From assembly GCA_965224245.1 (NCBI GenBank), contig OZ245046.1, positions 1,664,001 to 1,728,000 on the forward strand: DNA of 64,000 nt. Direction: 5' to 3'. The DNA comes from Candidatus Eiseniibacteriota bacterium. Lineage in GTDB: Bacteria; Eisenbacteria; RBG-16-71-46; CAZAMP01. Shown here piece by piece: positions 18,577 through 28,956 of the stretch (its first letter is position 1; every line of letters starts with the position of its first letter). Below the pieces are notes generated by a model. It saw only the letters and a list, made by a program, of their open reading frames with translations. It was not told where the DNA came from and ran no database searches. Both the position numbers and the translations under genes were made by a program.

Positions 18577-21195
18577 ATGCCGGATCGGGACATCACCACG
18601 TCGGAGCCGGGCTCACGCCCCGCGTCCCTCGTCGCGCTCATGCTGGTGTTCTTCGCCTCGGGCGCCGCCGCGCTGATCTACGAGGTTCTGTGGCTGAAGG
18701 AGCTCGGGCGACTGTTCGGGGTCACCGCGCACTCGGCCGCCGTGACCCTCAGCGTGTTCTTCCTCGGGCTCTCGGCCGGCGGTGCGGTCTGGGGTCGCCG
18801 CGCTGCCGGCGTACGCTCTCCGCTTCGCACCTATGCGGCGCTCGAGATCGGCATCGCGATCACGGCGTGTCTCTACTTCGGGCTCGTCGATCTGTTCCAC
18901 CTGATCTACGGGCCACTGCTCGCCAAGACGGGCTCCAGCGGCACCCTGGCCACGGGGATCAAGCTGGCGCTCGCCACGATCGTGCTGTTCCCACCCGCGT
19001 TCTTCATGGGCGGGACGTTGCCCGTGATGGCACAGCTCCTGGTCAGGCGGGCCGACGAGCTCGGGCGACGCGCGAGCCTCCTCTATGCGGTGAACACGAT
19101 CGGCGCCGCCTCCGGGGCGTTTCTGGCGGGCTTCCACCTGCCCCGGGTCCTCGGCTACGCGGGAGCGTACTCGGTGGCCATCGGAATCAACGTCGTGGCG
19201 GCCGCGACGACGTTCGCCTGGAGTCGGCGCTGGCCGGCTCCACCGCCCGTCGTGCCCGAGCCCCGACCGACCGCGCCGGGTCACCCGGCCGAGCCCGGAG
19301 GGTTCTCCCTTCGCGCGCTCGGAGTCGTCGCGGCGGTGTCCGGCTTCGTAACCCTCGGCCTCGAAGTACTCTGGACGCACATGTTCGCGCAGATTCTGCA
19401 GAACTCCGTCTACACCTTCTCGGCCGTGCTGACGCTCTTCCTGGGAGCGCTGGCGCTGGGCTCGGTCCTCGCCGGCCGGCTCTGCCGCCTTCGGACCGTG
19501 TCGCCCCCACTGGTGCTGGGGGCGCTGATGATCGTGTCCGGTCTCCTGGTCGCATGGACGCCGCCGACCCTCTTCGCGCTCAGCTCGGGGCTCGACGAGC
19601 TCGGCCGCGGCCTCGGCTGGAACGCGTACGTCTCGCGGGTGTTCGTGGTCGTGGGCGCGGTGCTCGTGGTTCCGGTGACCGTGATGGGCGCCGTCTTCCC
19701 CTACCTGATGAAGATCGGCGAGCGCGGCATGGTCAGCGCCGGACGCACGGTCGGCTCGCTCGCCTCGATCAACACCGCCGCCGCGATCGTGGGCTCCGTC
19801 GTGGCCGGCTTCGTGCTCCTCGAGCGGTGGGGAACCTGGACGAGCATCCGCGCCCTCGCCGTCACCTACCTCGTCCTGGGCGCCGTCGTCGTCCGCGGGC
19901 GCTCGCGCGCGGCGCTCGCCGTGCGTGCCCTGGGCATCGCCGGGGCCGTGGTGTTCGGGCTCCTCGTGCGATGGGACGATCTCACCGACGTCCGGCTCGA
20001 CGCGGCGCGTCACGAGACGGTCGTCCGGACCTGGCAGGGACCGCACGGCACGGTCTCGGTCGTGGACGCGGACGGGAGCCTCCGGCTGAAGGTGAACAAC
20101 ACGTACACGCTCGGAAGCAGCCTGTCGCACCTGAACCAGCGACTCCAGTCTCAGATCCCGCTGCTGCTCCACCCCGACCCGCGATCGGTCTTCTACCTGG
20201 GTCTGGGGACCGGCGTCACCGCGAGCGGCGCGCTCGCGTTTCCGGTGGACGAGGTCGTGGTCTGCGAGCTCAACGGCGACGTGATCGAGGCCAGCCGGAC
20301 CTGCTTCGCACCCTGGCTGGAAGGCCTCTTCGGCGACCCCCGGGTGTCGGTCCTGGAGGAGGACGGGCGGGTGTACCTGGCCACCTCGACCGACACCTTC
20401 GACGTCGTGATCGCGGACATCTTCCTGACCTACCGAGCCGGCGTCGGCGCCCTCTACACGCGCGAGCACTTCGAGGCCGTGCGCGACCGCCTCGCGCCCG
20501 GGGGGCTCTTCGCACAGTGGCTTCCGATGTTCGATCTCACCGAGGAGGAGTTCGGCATCATCGTACGCACGATGCTGGAGGTGTTCCCGGAGGTCACGCT
20601 GTGGCGCCGGGGCTTCTCGCCGAAGTTCCCGGTACACCTGCTTCTCGGGCACGAGTCGACCGCGCGGCTGGATGTGACCCGGTTCCGCGACGGTCTCGAC
20701 GCCCTCGACGCGTCGGGGGTGCTGGGCCGGAACGTCTGGATTCAGAACATCCCGCTGGCCGCGTACGTGGCCAACCTCGGGCGGCTCCGCGACGCGTTCC
20801 ACGGCTACGCCGTCAGCACCGACGACCGGGTGCCGCTCGAGTACCTGGCCCCGGTGAGCGATCGGGACGCCGAGGTCGGACGCGCCACCGTGCTCGCGTG
20901 GGACGCGCTGGTCGCCTTCGAGGCGGGCCTCGTGGCCGCGTCGCCCCCGGAGGTCGACCCGTACCTCGCGTCGGTCCCGCCGGACATGCGGCGTCAGGTA
21001 CGCGCCGGTCTGGCGTTCTACGGCCACGAGACCCATCGGCGGATGAGGGATTCCGAGGCGGCGGCGCGATACCTGGTGCGCTACCGCGAGCTCGTGGCCG
21101 CGAGCGGCGGGGCCGGGGCCCGTTCGCCCGCGGCCGGGCCGTCCGCCGACGACGAGGGTTCGGGGGAAGATTCCGGCCCCGGGGCACCGGACTGA
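18577..21195 (+). CDS. Fused MFS-like membrane domain / spermidine synthase-like protein (second copy)
   Basis: FFASGAAALIYEVLW, LYAVNTIGAA, FYLGLGTGVTA, VCELN, EDGRVYL, FDVVIAD, LYTREHF...LAPGG.FAQWLP. Confidence 0.87.
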   Translation: MPDRDITTSEPGSRPASLVALMLVFFASGAAALIYEVLWLKELGRLFGVTAHSAAVTLSVFFLGLSAGGAVWGRRAAGVRSPLRTYAALEIGIAITACLYFGLVDLFHLIYGPLLAKTGSSGTLATGIKLALATIVLFPPAFFMGGTLPVMAQLLVRRADELGRRASLLYAVNTIGAASGAFLAGFHLPRVLGYAGAYSVAIGINVVAAATTFAWSRRWPAPPPVVPEPRPTAPGHPAEPGGFSLRALGVVAAVSGFVTLGLEVLWTHMFAQILQNSVYTFSAVLTLFLGALALGSVLAGRLCRLRTVSPPLVLGALMIVSGLLVAWTPPTLFALSSGLDELGRGLGWNAYVSRVFVVVGAVLVVPVTVMGAVFPYLMKIGERGMVSAGRTVGSLASINTAAAIVGSVVAGFVLLERWGTWTSIRALAVTYLVLGAVVVRGRSRAALAVRALGIAGAVVFGLLVRWDDLTDVRLDAARHETVVRTWQGPHGTVSVVDADGSLRLKVNNTYTLGSSLSHLNQRLQSQIPLLLHPDPRSVFYLGLGTGVTASGALAFPVDEVVVCELNGDVIEASRTCFAPWLEGLFGDPRVSVLEEDGRVYLATSTDTFDVVIADIFLTYRAGVGALYTREHFEAVRDRLAPGGLFAQWLPMFDLTEEEFGIIVRTMLEVFPEVTLWRRGFSPKFPVHLLLGHESTARLDVTRFRDGLDALDASGVLGRNVWIQNIPLAAYVANLGRLRDAFHGYAVSTDDRVPLEYLAPVSDRDAEVGRATVLAWDALVAFEAGLVAASPPEVDPYLASVPPDMRRQVRAGLAFYGHETHRRMRDSEAAARYLVRYRELVAASGGAGARSPAAGPSADDEGSGEDSGPGAPD

Positions 21196-21347
21196 TCGCG
21201 TCTCGCCCCGGCCGCGCCTGCAGCCCCGGGCCGTGACGCCGCTTTTGACTCCGGGCGGTTCCCGTGGCCAGAATGAGGACGACAACGCCGGGCGAGCGTG
21301 ACGCGTGCCGGCGCGCAGACCACTCTCGGACGGGCAGCGAACGAAAC

Positions 21348-23006
21348 GTGCCAGTGGCGATTGCTCGGAACTGGATCGCGCCGATCCTGCTCGGCTCCCT
21401 GATGCTCCTGGGCGCGCTCGGGTTCGACGGCGTGTCATCGGACAACACCCACCATCTCCTCGCCGCATACGCACGGCTGGACCCGGGCTTTCTCGCGAAC
21501 GACTGGTTCACGCATCACACGCAGTCCTTTCATGCGTTCTTCGAGGTCTACGCCGCCTGGTGGCTCGCGCGGGACGCCCTCCTGCCCGGGCTCTTCGTCT
21601 GGTACGCGATCAACCTCCTGGCGCTGAGCGCGGCGCTGGTGATCACGATCCGCCACGTGGGCACGCCACACCGGCGGGTTCCCGTCTTGCTGGCGGCGAT
21701 CGGGCTTCTCCTGGTCGGCGTGCGCGCGGGATGGGGCGAGTACCAGATCATCTCCGGGCAGGCATTGCCCGCGTACCTCGGGTATCCTCCCGCGCTCGTG
21801 GGCATCGTGCTCGTGTTCCAGCGTCGGTACCTGTGGGCGGCGGCCGCGGTCGCGATCGCGTTCACCGTGCACCAGGGTCTCGGCGCCCTGATGGTGCTCG
21901 TCTTGATCGGACCGCTCCTCGTGGAGCGCCCGCGGACGCGTCGCGAGATCGTGGAGGCGGCATTCGGGGTCGGACTGGTGGCGCTCTGCCTCCTCCCGAC
22001 CGCGCTCGGCGCGCTGAACCGCGACGCCGGCGCGGCCGAGGCATTCGAGATCTTCTTCTATGGACGCGCGCCTCACCACTACGCGATCCGCTTCGCGCCG
22101 GCGGCCGTGCACCTCGCGTCGGTGCACGTCCTGGTCACGAGCGTCGTCCTCGCACTGGCCGCGAGCCGCGCCCGCGAGCGAGCGGCGCTCCTCGGCCTGG
22201 CCGGCGGCGTCTTCGTGCTCTGCGCGCTGGGGGTGCTCCTCCTGGAGGTCTGGTACGTGCCGGCCTTCATCCGGCTCTTTCCGTACCGCGCCCTCCCCCT
22301 CGTGATCGCCGTGAATGCATGCGTGATCGCGGCCCGGGTGTTCGGCGCCGACGTCACCGCGCGCGAGCGCGGATCGGCCGCGGTGCTCGCGCTGTCGGGG
22401 GTCGGCGTCGCGTTCGTCCCCGTGGCTGCGTTCGCGCTCTTGCCGGTGGCCCTCGCGCTGGCCTCTCGAGCCCCGCAACGACCGGGCCCGGGGTGGCCGG
22501 TGGCGATCGGCACCGCGATCGCCCTCGTGGCCGCGCTCGTTCACGCCCGCGTGACGGCTCCGCCGCTGTTCTTCCGGCCGTGGCCCTCGCCGATCATGCT
22601 GGAGCTGCGCGACGCGATCGCCGAGGTCACGCCGCCGGACGCGATCCTCTCGGTGCCCCCGTGGCTGACCGGCGTCCGGCTGGCCATCGATCGAGCCATC
22701 GTGGTGAACTGGAAGAACTTCCCTGTCTACGGTCCCGAAATGGTAGCGTGGGCCGATCGGATGCGGGACGTCACCGGAGTCGATCCACGGGACGCCAGAA
22801 CGCTCCTGGAGCGCGGCACGACGCTGCACGAGGCATGTTCCCGGGGCTACCAGGAGCGCGGCTACGACGAGCTCGTGCGCGCCTCGCGCAGGTACGGAGC
22901 CACCCATGTCCTGGTGCAGTGCGACAGCCCCTTTCACTGGCAGGCCAAGGCCCGCGGCGTGCAGCCGGTGTGGGCCGAGAGCTGCTTCGAGCTGTACCGA
23001 CTCTGA
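21348..23006 (+). CDS. Polytopic membrane protein, DUF6798-like / possible GT-C glycosyltransferase
   Basis: DPGFLANDWF, many TM helices, RAPHHY, RLAIDRAIVVNWKNFP...WADRM, RYGATH. Sits directly upstream of a GT2. Start uncertain (21264 or 21348). Confidence 0.6.
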   Translation: MPVAIARNWIAPILLGSLMLLGALGFDGVSSDNTHHLLAAYARLDPGFLANDWFTHHTQSFHAFFEVYAAWWLARDALLPGLFVWYAINLLALSAALVITIRHVGTPHRRVPVLLAAIGLLLVGVRAGWGEYQIISGQALPAYLGYPPALVGIVLVFQRRYLWAAAAVAIAFTVHQGLGALMVLVLIGPLLVERPRTRREIVEAAFGVGLVALCLLPTALGALNRDAGAAEAFEIFFYGRAPHHYAIRFAPAAVHLASVHVLVTSVVLALAASRARERAALLGLAGGVFVLCALGVLLLEVWYVPAFIRLFPYRALPLVIAVNACVIAARVFGADVTARERGSAAVLALSGVGVAFVPVAAFALLPVALALASRAPQRPGPGWPVAIGTAIALVAALVHARVTAPPLFFRPWPSPIMLELRDAIAEVTPPDAILSVPPWLTGVRLAIDRAIVVNWKNFPVYGPEMVAWADRMRDVTGVDPRDARTLLERGTTLHEACSRGYQERGYDELVRASRRYGATHVLVQCDSPFHWQAKARGVQPVWAESCFELYRL

Positions 23007-23015
23007 GCGGGCGGG

Positions 23016-23969
23016 GTGATCGTGGATCAGCGCGTGTCGATCGTGGTTCCGGTCTATAACGAGCGCGCCAACGTGGCCCCTCTCCTCGGCGCGGTGCGGG
23101 CGGTGCTCGAGACCCTCCAGGTGGCATTCGAGCTCGTCGTCGTGGACGACTGCTCCGACGACGGCACGTTCGAACTCCTCTCTGAGCTCCAGGAGACGTT
23201 CCCGATGCTCCGGGTGATCCGGCTCTCGCGCAACTTCGGCCATCAGCCCGCGCTCCTGGCGGGCATGCGCGCGGCCACCGGCGACGCCGTCATCACGATG
23301 GACGGAGATCTCCAGCACCCGCCCGAGGTGATCCCCGAGCTGATCGAATCCTGGCGAGCCGGCAACCAGGTGGTGCACACGGTCCGGGACGACGTCGCCG
23401 GGCGCGCGCCCCTCCTGAAGCGGGTGCCGTCGAGGGGGTTCTACCGGCTCCTGCGCTGGATCTCTCACATCCCCATCCGCCCCGGGATGGCCGACTTCCG
23501 GCTCGTCGATCGCGTGGCGCTCGATCACGTGCTCGCCCTCGACGACTCCGCGCTCTTCTTTCGCGGCATGTTCTTGTGGGTGGGCTTCGACCAGAGCTTC
23601 GTCGGCTACGTGCCGCGGAAGCGCCCCGGCGGCGGGTCGCGTTACACGGTGCGCAAGATGGCGCGCTTCGCGCGCGACGGCATCCTGTCGTTCTCGGCGG
23701 TGCCGCTGTACTGGTCCTTCGCGATCGGCGCGTTCACGTCCCTCTGCGCCACCGCGTACGGGCTCTACGCGATCTACGTGCGTCTGTTCCGGGACACCGC
23801 GATTCCCGGCTGGGCGTCGCTGGCGGTGCTGACGTCGTTCCTGTTCGGGGTCCTGTTCATGCTGCTCGGACTGATCGGCTCGTACGTGGCGGCGTCGCAT
23901 ACCGAGCTCAAGCGACGCCCGCCGTACGTGGTCCGCGACGACCTGCCCCCCCGGCACGATCCCTGGTAG
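23016..23969 (+). CDS. GT2 polyprenol-phosphate glycosyltransferase (GtrB/ArnC/YkoT-like)
   Basis: SIVVPVYNE, VDDCSDDGT, LSRNFGHQ.A, MDGDLQHPPE, DFRL, two C-terminal TMs, KRRPPY. Confidence 0.93.
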   Translation: MIVDQRVSIVVPVYNERANVAPLLGAVRAVLETLQVAFELVVVDDCSDDGTFELLSELQETFPMLRVIRLSRNFGHQPALLAGMRAATGDAVITMDGDLQHPPEVIPELIESWRAGNQVVHTVRDDVAGRAPLLKRVPSRGFYRLLRWISHIPIRPGMADFRLVDRVALDHVLALDDSALFFRGMFLWVGFDQSFVGYVPRKRPGGGSRYTVRKMARFARDGILSFSAVPLYWSFAIGAFTSLCATAYGLYAIYVRLFRDTAIPGWASLAVLTSFLFGVLFMLLGLIGSYVAASHTELKRRPPYVVRDDLPPRHDPW

Positions 23970-23973
23970 TCCG

Positions 23974-26859
23974 GTGAGTCCCGTTCGCACGAGCCTCTCG
24001 CGCGTCCTCCTGGCATCGCTGGCGCTGACGTCGTGCGGCGGGGACGAGGCACCGGCCCCGTTCCCCGCCGACGTCCGGCGCGGCGTCGTCGGATCGTACC
24101 GGCTGACCGGCGGCGACTGGAGCTACTCTCGCCCCGCCTACTCGTATCGCTACCAGCACGCGTGGGCGCGCCTGTCGGTGTTCGACGCGCCGGCCGTGAC
24201 CTGCGATGCGGTTCGCATCACGCAGCCGCCGGGCCAGGGGCCGCCGTTCGCGGGGCTCGAGAATCGCTTCGCGGCGACCGAGATCGAGCTCTACCTCGGT
24301 GACGATCCGAGCGGCGAGGCGCCGGGCGATCCGGATCGGAACATCCTGACGTCGGAGCGTCTGGCCGACACGTCGGCGGATGGGTCGGTCTCCCCCGACC
24401 GCGGCCCGGAGAACGCCGTGGACGGCCGCGTCGCGAGCGACGCTGCGGGACCTCGCTGGGAGTCGCCGTCGACACCGACCGCGCACTGGATCGCGTTCAC
24501 GTTTCGGGAGCCGGTCACGTGGAGCCGTCTCGTCGTCTACTGGCCCTGGGTGCACGTTCCCAGTGCCTGGCATCCCGATCGCACGCGGACCGTCGTGGAC
24601 GGGCTCCGCGCATCGACCCTGATCGTCGAGGCCCGCATCGACGGCGAGTGGAGACGCGTCGAGGTGACCGAGCGGCGCCCCGCCTCGAGGTTCGACGGAC
24701 GCTTCATCCAGGAGCGTCTCGGTCTCGACGTCCGTCCCACGGCCCGGCTGTCGCATCTCGATCACCATGCGCGCTGGCGCGAGGACATCCGACCCGATTC
24801 CGCGGCGGCGCCGTCCGGGCTCGACTGCATCGTCGCTCGCGACTGGCGCATCGTGCTGCCACCTTCCGCGGGTGCGCTCGAGCGACTCGCGGCCCGCGAG
24901 CTCCGGGACACGCTCGAACGGCTGGGCGTCCCGGGTCTTCCGATCGACGCGCTCGAGAAGGGCGCCGGCCCGGGGGACGTGGGGTCGAAACGCATCGTGA
25001 TCGGAACGGTGGCCCACGTGAACGCGCTCGTCCCCACGATCCCGGTCGCCGGAGCCGACTCGCTCCTGAACGCGTGCGACACGGCCGAGGCCCACACCGT
25101 CATCGTGGAGCCCACGCGCGTGTGGGCGCTGGGCGCCGATGCCATGGGAGCCCGGTATGCGGCATGTCGCCTCGAGGAGCGGCTGCGCTCGCGCGGCGGC
25201 CCGTTCGTCCGGATCGGTGGCGAGACCCGACGGCCCGCGTTCCGGCCCCGCGCGGCCGCCGGCATCGCGTTCGGAGAGGGCGGTCCGGACGAGCTCGGCT
25301 TTCCGGACGCGTACCTCTCCCTCTTCGCCCACCACTACCTCGACGCGGTGCTCATCTTCCAGAACGGGTTCTACCTGAGCAGCCCCGGCGCGGTCGTCGG
25401 GTCCTCGCTCGACCCCGCGCTCGGCGCGGACGACGCGAAGATCGCGCAGCTGAACGGTCTCGTCCGGCGGGCCGCGGCGCACGGTCTCGGCGTGTACTGG
25501 ATGGTCTCGGTGCCGGGCGCTCTCCCGGCGGACGTGTACGAACGGCACCCCGATCTGCGCGGTCGAAACCCCCAGCCGCACGTGATCTGCCTCGGCACCG
25601 ACGCCGGACGCGAGTACGTGCGCGACACGATCACCCGCGTGGCGCGCGCGCTCCCCGGGCTCCGGGGGCTCGTGGTGCTTCGCTCGGAGCTGAGTCACAC
25701 GTGCGGCGGGCGGCTGCTGTGTCCGGGATGTCGCGATCGATTCGAGCCGGACGAGGATCCCGCGCAACGCCTCTTCGACTGGGTGGCCGAGGCGGCGGCG
25801 ACGGAGAACCCGGCGCTGGAGGTGATCGCGTTCGACTGGCGAGCGGGTGGCCTGCCGGCCGTCGACGAGACGCGGCTTCCGCCGGGGATCGCGTTCTGGA
25901 CGCGCCCGCAGACGAGCGGCCCGACCCCCGAGAACGACCTCCAGTCCATCGAGCCGTCCCCCGCGTTCCTCCGGACGATCGAGACGATGGAGCCCTCGCG
26001 ACGGCTGTGGATCGAGGGACAGCTCTCGCACGCGTTCCCGCTCCACACGATCCCCGAGCTCCCGGTCCCGTCCACGTACTGGCGGAAGTGGACGCGCGTT
26101 CGCGCGCGCGTCGCGGAGCGCGCCCCGGGTGCGCCGCTGCCCGCGTTCGCGATGGGAAACGGGTCGGGCCTCGCGCCGTTCCCGATGGTGCGGCTCGGGC
26201 TCGGGACGCTCCTGTGGGATCCCCTGCCGCCGAGGCGCGACGCGCTCGCCGCGCTGGCCACCGACACGTTCGGCGCACGCGCCGTGGACGCGGTGCTCGA
26301 TGCGTGGCGGCACTTCGACGATGCGCTCGCGCGCTACACCCGGATCGACAAGTACGTCACACGCGCGACGCTCATCGACCCGCCGGGGACGGGTCGCCTT
26401 CTGGCCTCGGACGACCTCGTCGTCGCCCTCGACGGGCTGTGCGCGGAGTGGGCGTCGGGAGCGGTGCGCCTGCACGACGCGCTCGAGGTGACACCGGCCG
26501 TGCGGCTCGACCGCGCCCGCGCGCACGTGGCGATGGCCGACGCGGCGCTGTCGACGCTGCGGAGCTGGCGGCACGCGGTGACGTGGGCGCACGAGATCGG
26601 TGACACCTGGGTCGACGGCGCTCCGCCGTCGAGCGCGACGGCGGAGCGCGTTCCCGACCGGCACGTGGATCTCGCGCGGCGCCTCCTCGACGAGGAGATC
26701 GCGAACACCGAGGCCTACGTGGCGATCATCTCCCGCGACGGCGTCTTCCGATCGCACCCGTACTACCGCGACTGGTTCACGCTGGACGTGATCGTGGAGA
26801 AGCTCCAGCGGATGCGCGAGGTGCGCGATGCGCTCGCGCGCCGAGAGGTCACCGGCTGA
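23974..26859 (+). CDS. Large putative lipoprotein with discoidin/F5-8-like domain and glycoside-hydrolase-like region
   Basis: Lipobox-like LALTSC; ENAVDG..RWES..HWIAFTF; AARELR..L and GAD..GARYA (resembling GH20/GH67 N-terminal domains); CxxxxxCxxC motif. Confidence 0.55.
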   Translation: MSPVRTSLSRVLLASLALTSCGGDEAPAPFPADVRRGVVGSYRLTGGDWSYSRPAYSYRYQHAWARLSVFDAPAVTCDAVRITQPPGQGPPFAGLENRFAATEIELYLGDDPSGEAPGDPDRNILTSERLADTSADGSVSPDRGPENAVDGRVASDAAGPRWESPSTPTAHWIAFTFREPVTWSRLVVYWPWVHVPSAWHPDRTRTVVDGLRASTLIVEARIDGEWRRVEVTERRPASRFDGRFIQERLGLDVRPTARLSHLDHHARWREDIRPDSAAAPSGLDCIVARDWRIVLPPSAGALERLAARELRDTLERLGVPGLPIDALEKGAGPGDVGSKRIVIGTVAHVNALVPTIPVAGADSLLNACDTAEAHTVIVEPTRVWALGADAMGARYAACRLEERLRSRGGPFVRIGGETRRPAFRPRAAAGIAFGEGGPDELGFPDAYLSLFAHHYLDAVLIFQNGFYLSSPGAVVGSSLDPALGADDAKIAQLNGLVRRAAAHGLGVYWMVSVPGALPADVYERHPDLRGRNPQPHVICLGTDAGREYVRDTITRVARALPGLRGLVVLRSELSHTCGGRLLCPGCRDRFEPDEDPAQRLFDWVAEAAATENPALEVIAFDWRAGGLPAVDETRLPPGIAFWTRPQTSGPTPENDLQSIEPSPAFLRTIETMEPSRRLWIEGQLSHAFPLHTIPELPVPSTYWRKWTRVRARVAERAPGAPLPAFAMGNGSGLAPFPMVRLGLGTLLWDPLPPRRDALAALATDTFGARAVDAVLDAWRHFDDALARYTRIDKYVTRATLIDPPGTGRLLASDDLVVALDGLCAEWASGAVRLHDALEVTPAVRLDRARAHVAMADAALSTLRSWRHAVTWAHEIGDTWVDGAPPSSATAERVPDRHVDLARRLLDEEIANTEAYVAIISRDGVFRSHPYYRDWFTLDVIVEKLQRMREVRDALARREVTG

Positions 26860-28882
26860 CGAGGTGGGGTCGCCGCTCCCCTCCGGCGGTCGTGAACGCC
26901 CCGCCGAGCACGAGGGAGTCGCCGGTCGCCTGGATCGCGAACACGGCGGCGTCGGGCCCGCTCCCGATGGCGCTCCACGCGTGCCCGTCCCACGACGCGA
27001 CGTTGCGGATCGACGCGTCGGCCCGGTGGACGAACAGGCCGGCCACCACGAGGCCCTTCCGCCAGGGCGCGAGCGCATGAACGCGGGGCGTCCGGCCGTC
27101 GGGCGGCGCGGACAGGCTCTCGTCGAGGGCGCCCCATCGTGAGCCGGTCCATCGGGCGACGAGCGGCGCCCGCGTGGGGCCCGACCGTTCGAAGAAGCCG
27201 CCGGCCACCAGCGATCCGTTCCACTCGCCGAGCGCGAGCACGCCCCCGTCGAGCCCGTGCCCGAGGGCCTGCCAGCGCACACCATCCCAGAGCGCGACGC
27301 CGGGCGCGGGGATCCCGCCCACCGAACCGAACGCGCCGCCGGCGATCAGCTGGTCGCCCCGCGCGAGAAGCGCGTACACGCGCCCGCCGGGCGCCCCGCC
27401 GATCGGGCGCCAGGTCTCGCCGTCGAACCGCGCGAGATTGGTCGCCCCCCCGGCGTGGAGATCGCCGCCGGCCACGAGATCACCCCGATGCGAGGCCAGC
27501 GCGAACACGGTCCCCTCGACGCCGTTTCCGATCGGGGACCAGCGCGTGCCATCCCATGCGGCCACGCGTGCCGCGGTCGCACCGCCGGCGCGCGCGAACG
27601 AACCGCCCGCCACGAGCTGCCCCGCGTGAACGACCAGGGCGTGAACGTCCCCGTCGACGCCGTCCCCGAGCCCCCGCCACGTCCGGCCATCCCAGCTCGC
27701 GACGTGATGCGCGTCGACGTCGCCGGCTCGCTGGAACGCACCCGCCGCGACCAGGCGGCCGTCGTATCGCGCCAGCGCGAGGACCGCTCCGTCCACGCTG
27801 CCCGTCCCGCCGAGCGCGCGCCAGTGATCGTTCTCGACGATCGCGACGTGGGACGACGTGTGCGCGCCGGCGGTCCGGAAGCGTCCGCCGATCACGGGGT
27901 CGGATCGGAACGACCCCACGGCGAACACGGCGCCGTCGGCGCCGCCGTCGATCGCGTCCCATCGATGACCGTTCCACGCCGCGACGTGCCGCACCGATCG
28001 CGAACCCGAACGCTCGAACCATCCGCCGGCCACGAGCCGGCCGGCGATCACGGCCAGCGCCTCCACGCCGTCGTCGAAGCCGTCACCCAGCGGCTCCCAG
28101 GCCCCTCCGGTCCAGCGGGCCACGCTCGCGCAGGGGACGCCGCCGGCACGCGCAAACCATCCGCCCGCCACGAGACCGGCGGACGTGCTGGCGAGCGCGG
28201 TGACCGCATCGTCGAGGCGACTCGCGAGCGGACGCCAGGCGACCCCGGTCCATCGCGACACGTAGTGAGGACCGTCGGGGCCGTCGAACTCGCCGCCGAC
28301 GACGATGACGCCGTCGTGCGACACGATCGCATGGGCGGTACCCGACGGGGGGCGTCCGAGCGGTCGCCACGCGGCGCCGTCCCAGCGAGCAACCGACACG
28401 GACGTGTCGCTCCCCTCGAGGTGCATGCGCCCCACCGCGACGAGATCGGAGCCGATGCGCGCGAGGTCGTGCACGTCACCGGACAGCTCCGGTCCGAGAG
28501 GCATCCACGCCGCGCCGGTCCAGCGGGCCACGGCGTGCCACGCGGGATCGTCGCCGATCCGGAATCGACCCGCGATGGTGATGGCCGCGCCATCGGACGC
28601 GGCGACCCGCACGATTCCGTCGACGCCGTCTCCGATCGCGCTCCACGTCCGGCCGTCGAAGCGGGCGATGCCGCGGGCGCGGCGCGCGCCGGCCGCGGTG
28701 AACGCTCCGGCGACGACGAGCGCGTCCCGGTGCTCGATCACGTCCCAGACCGGGCTGCTGACGCCGTCGGGGGTGAAGCGCGGGGACCAGGACGGGGGCT
28801 CGTCGGAGGAGGCGGCCCGGGCGAGGCCGCACGACGAGAGCACGATCGCGAGAATGTACCGCCGCATCCGAGCACGCCTCAT
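26849..28882 (-). CDS. Secreted beta-propeller repeat protein
   Basis: Signal peptide plus about a dozen roughly 50-aa repeats of LxAGGxF...VAxWDGxxWxxLGxGxDGxVxAL. Confidence 0.8.
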   Translation of the reverse strand: MRRARMRRYILAIVLSSCGLARAASSDEPPSWSPRFTPDGVSSPVWDVIEHRDALVVAGAFTAAGARRARGIARFDGRTWSAIGDGVDGIVRVAASDGAAITIAGRFRIGDDPAWHAVARWTGAAWMPLGPELSGDVHDLARIGSDLVAVGRMHLEGSDTSVSVARWDGAAWRPLGRPPSGTAHAIVSHDGVIVVGGEFDGPDGPHYVSRWTGVAWRPLASRLDDAVTALASTSAGLVAGGWFARAGGVPCASVARWTGGAWEPLGDGFDDGVEALAVIAGRLVAGGWFERSGSRSVRHVAAWNGHRWDAIDGGADGAVFAVGSFRSDPVIGGRFRTAGAHTSSHVAIVENDHWRALGGTGSVDGAVLALARYDGRLVAAGAFQRAGDVDAHHVASWDGRTWRGLGDGVDGDVHALVVHAGQLVAGGSFARAGGATAARVAAWDGTRWSPIGNGVEGTVFALASHRGDLVAGGDLHAGGATNLARFDGETWRPIGGAPGGRVYALLARGDQLIAGGAFGSVGGIPAPGVALWDGVRWQALGHGLDGGVLALGEWNGSLVAGGFFERSGPTRAPLVARWTGSRWGALDESLSAPPDGRTPRVHALAPWRKGLVVAGLFVHRADASIRNVASWDGHAWSAIGSGPDAAVFAIQATGDSLVLGGAFTTAGGERRPHLVSR

Positions 28883-28956
28883 CGAGCGTCCGGCATCGAC
28901 CGTCGGCGCCGGACCGATCGCGGCATCGTACGTGAACCGGATCGGTTGTCCAGGGA

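Noticed and set aside
26849-28882. DNA-level repetitiveness here and at 45265..47100
   Set aside because: Explained by protein beta-propeller repeats, not by mobile or non-coding repeats.
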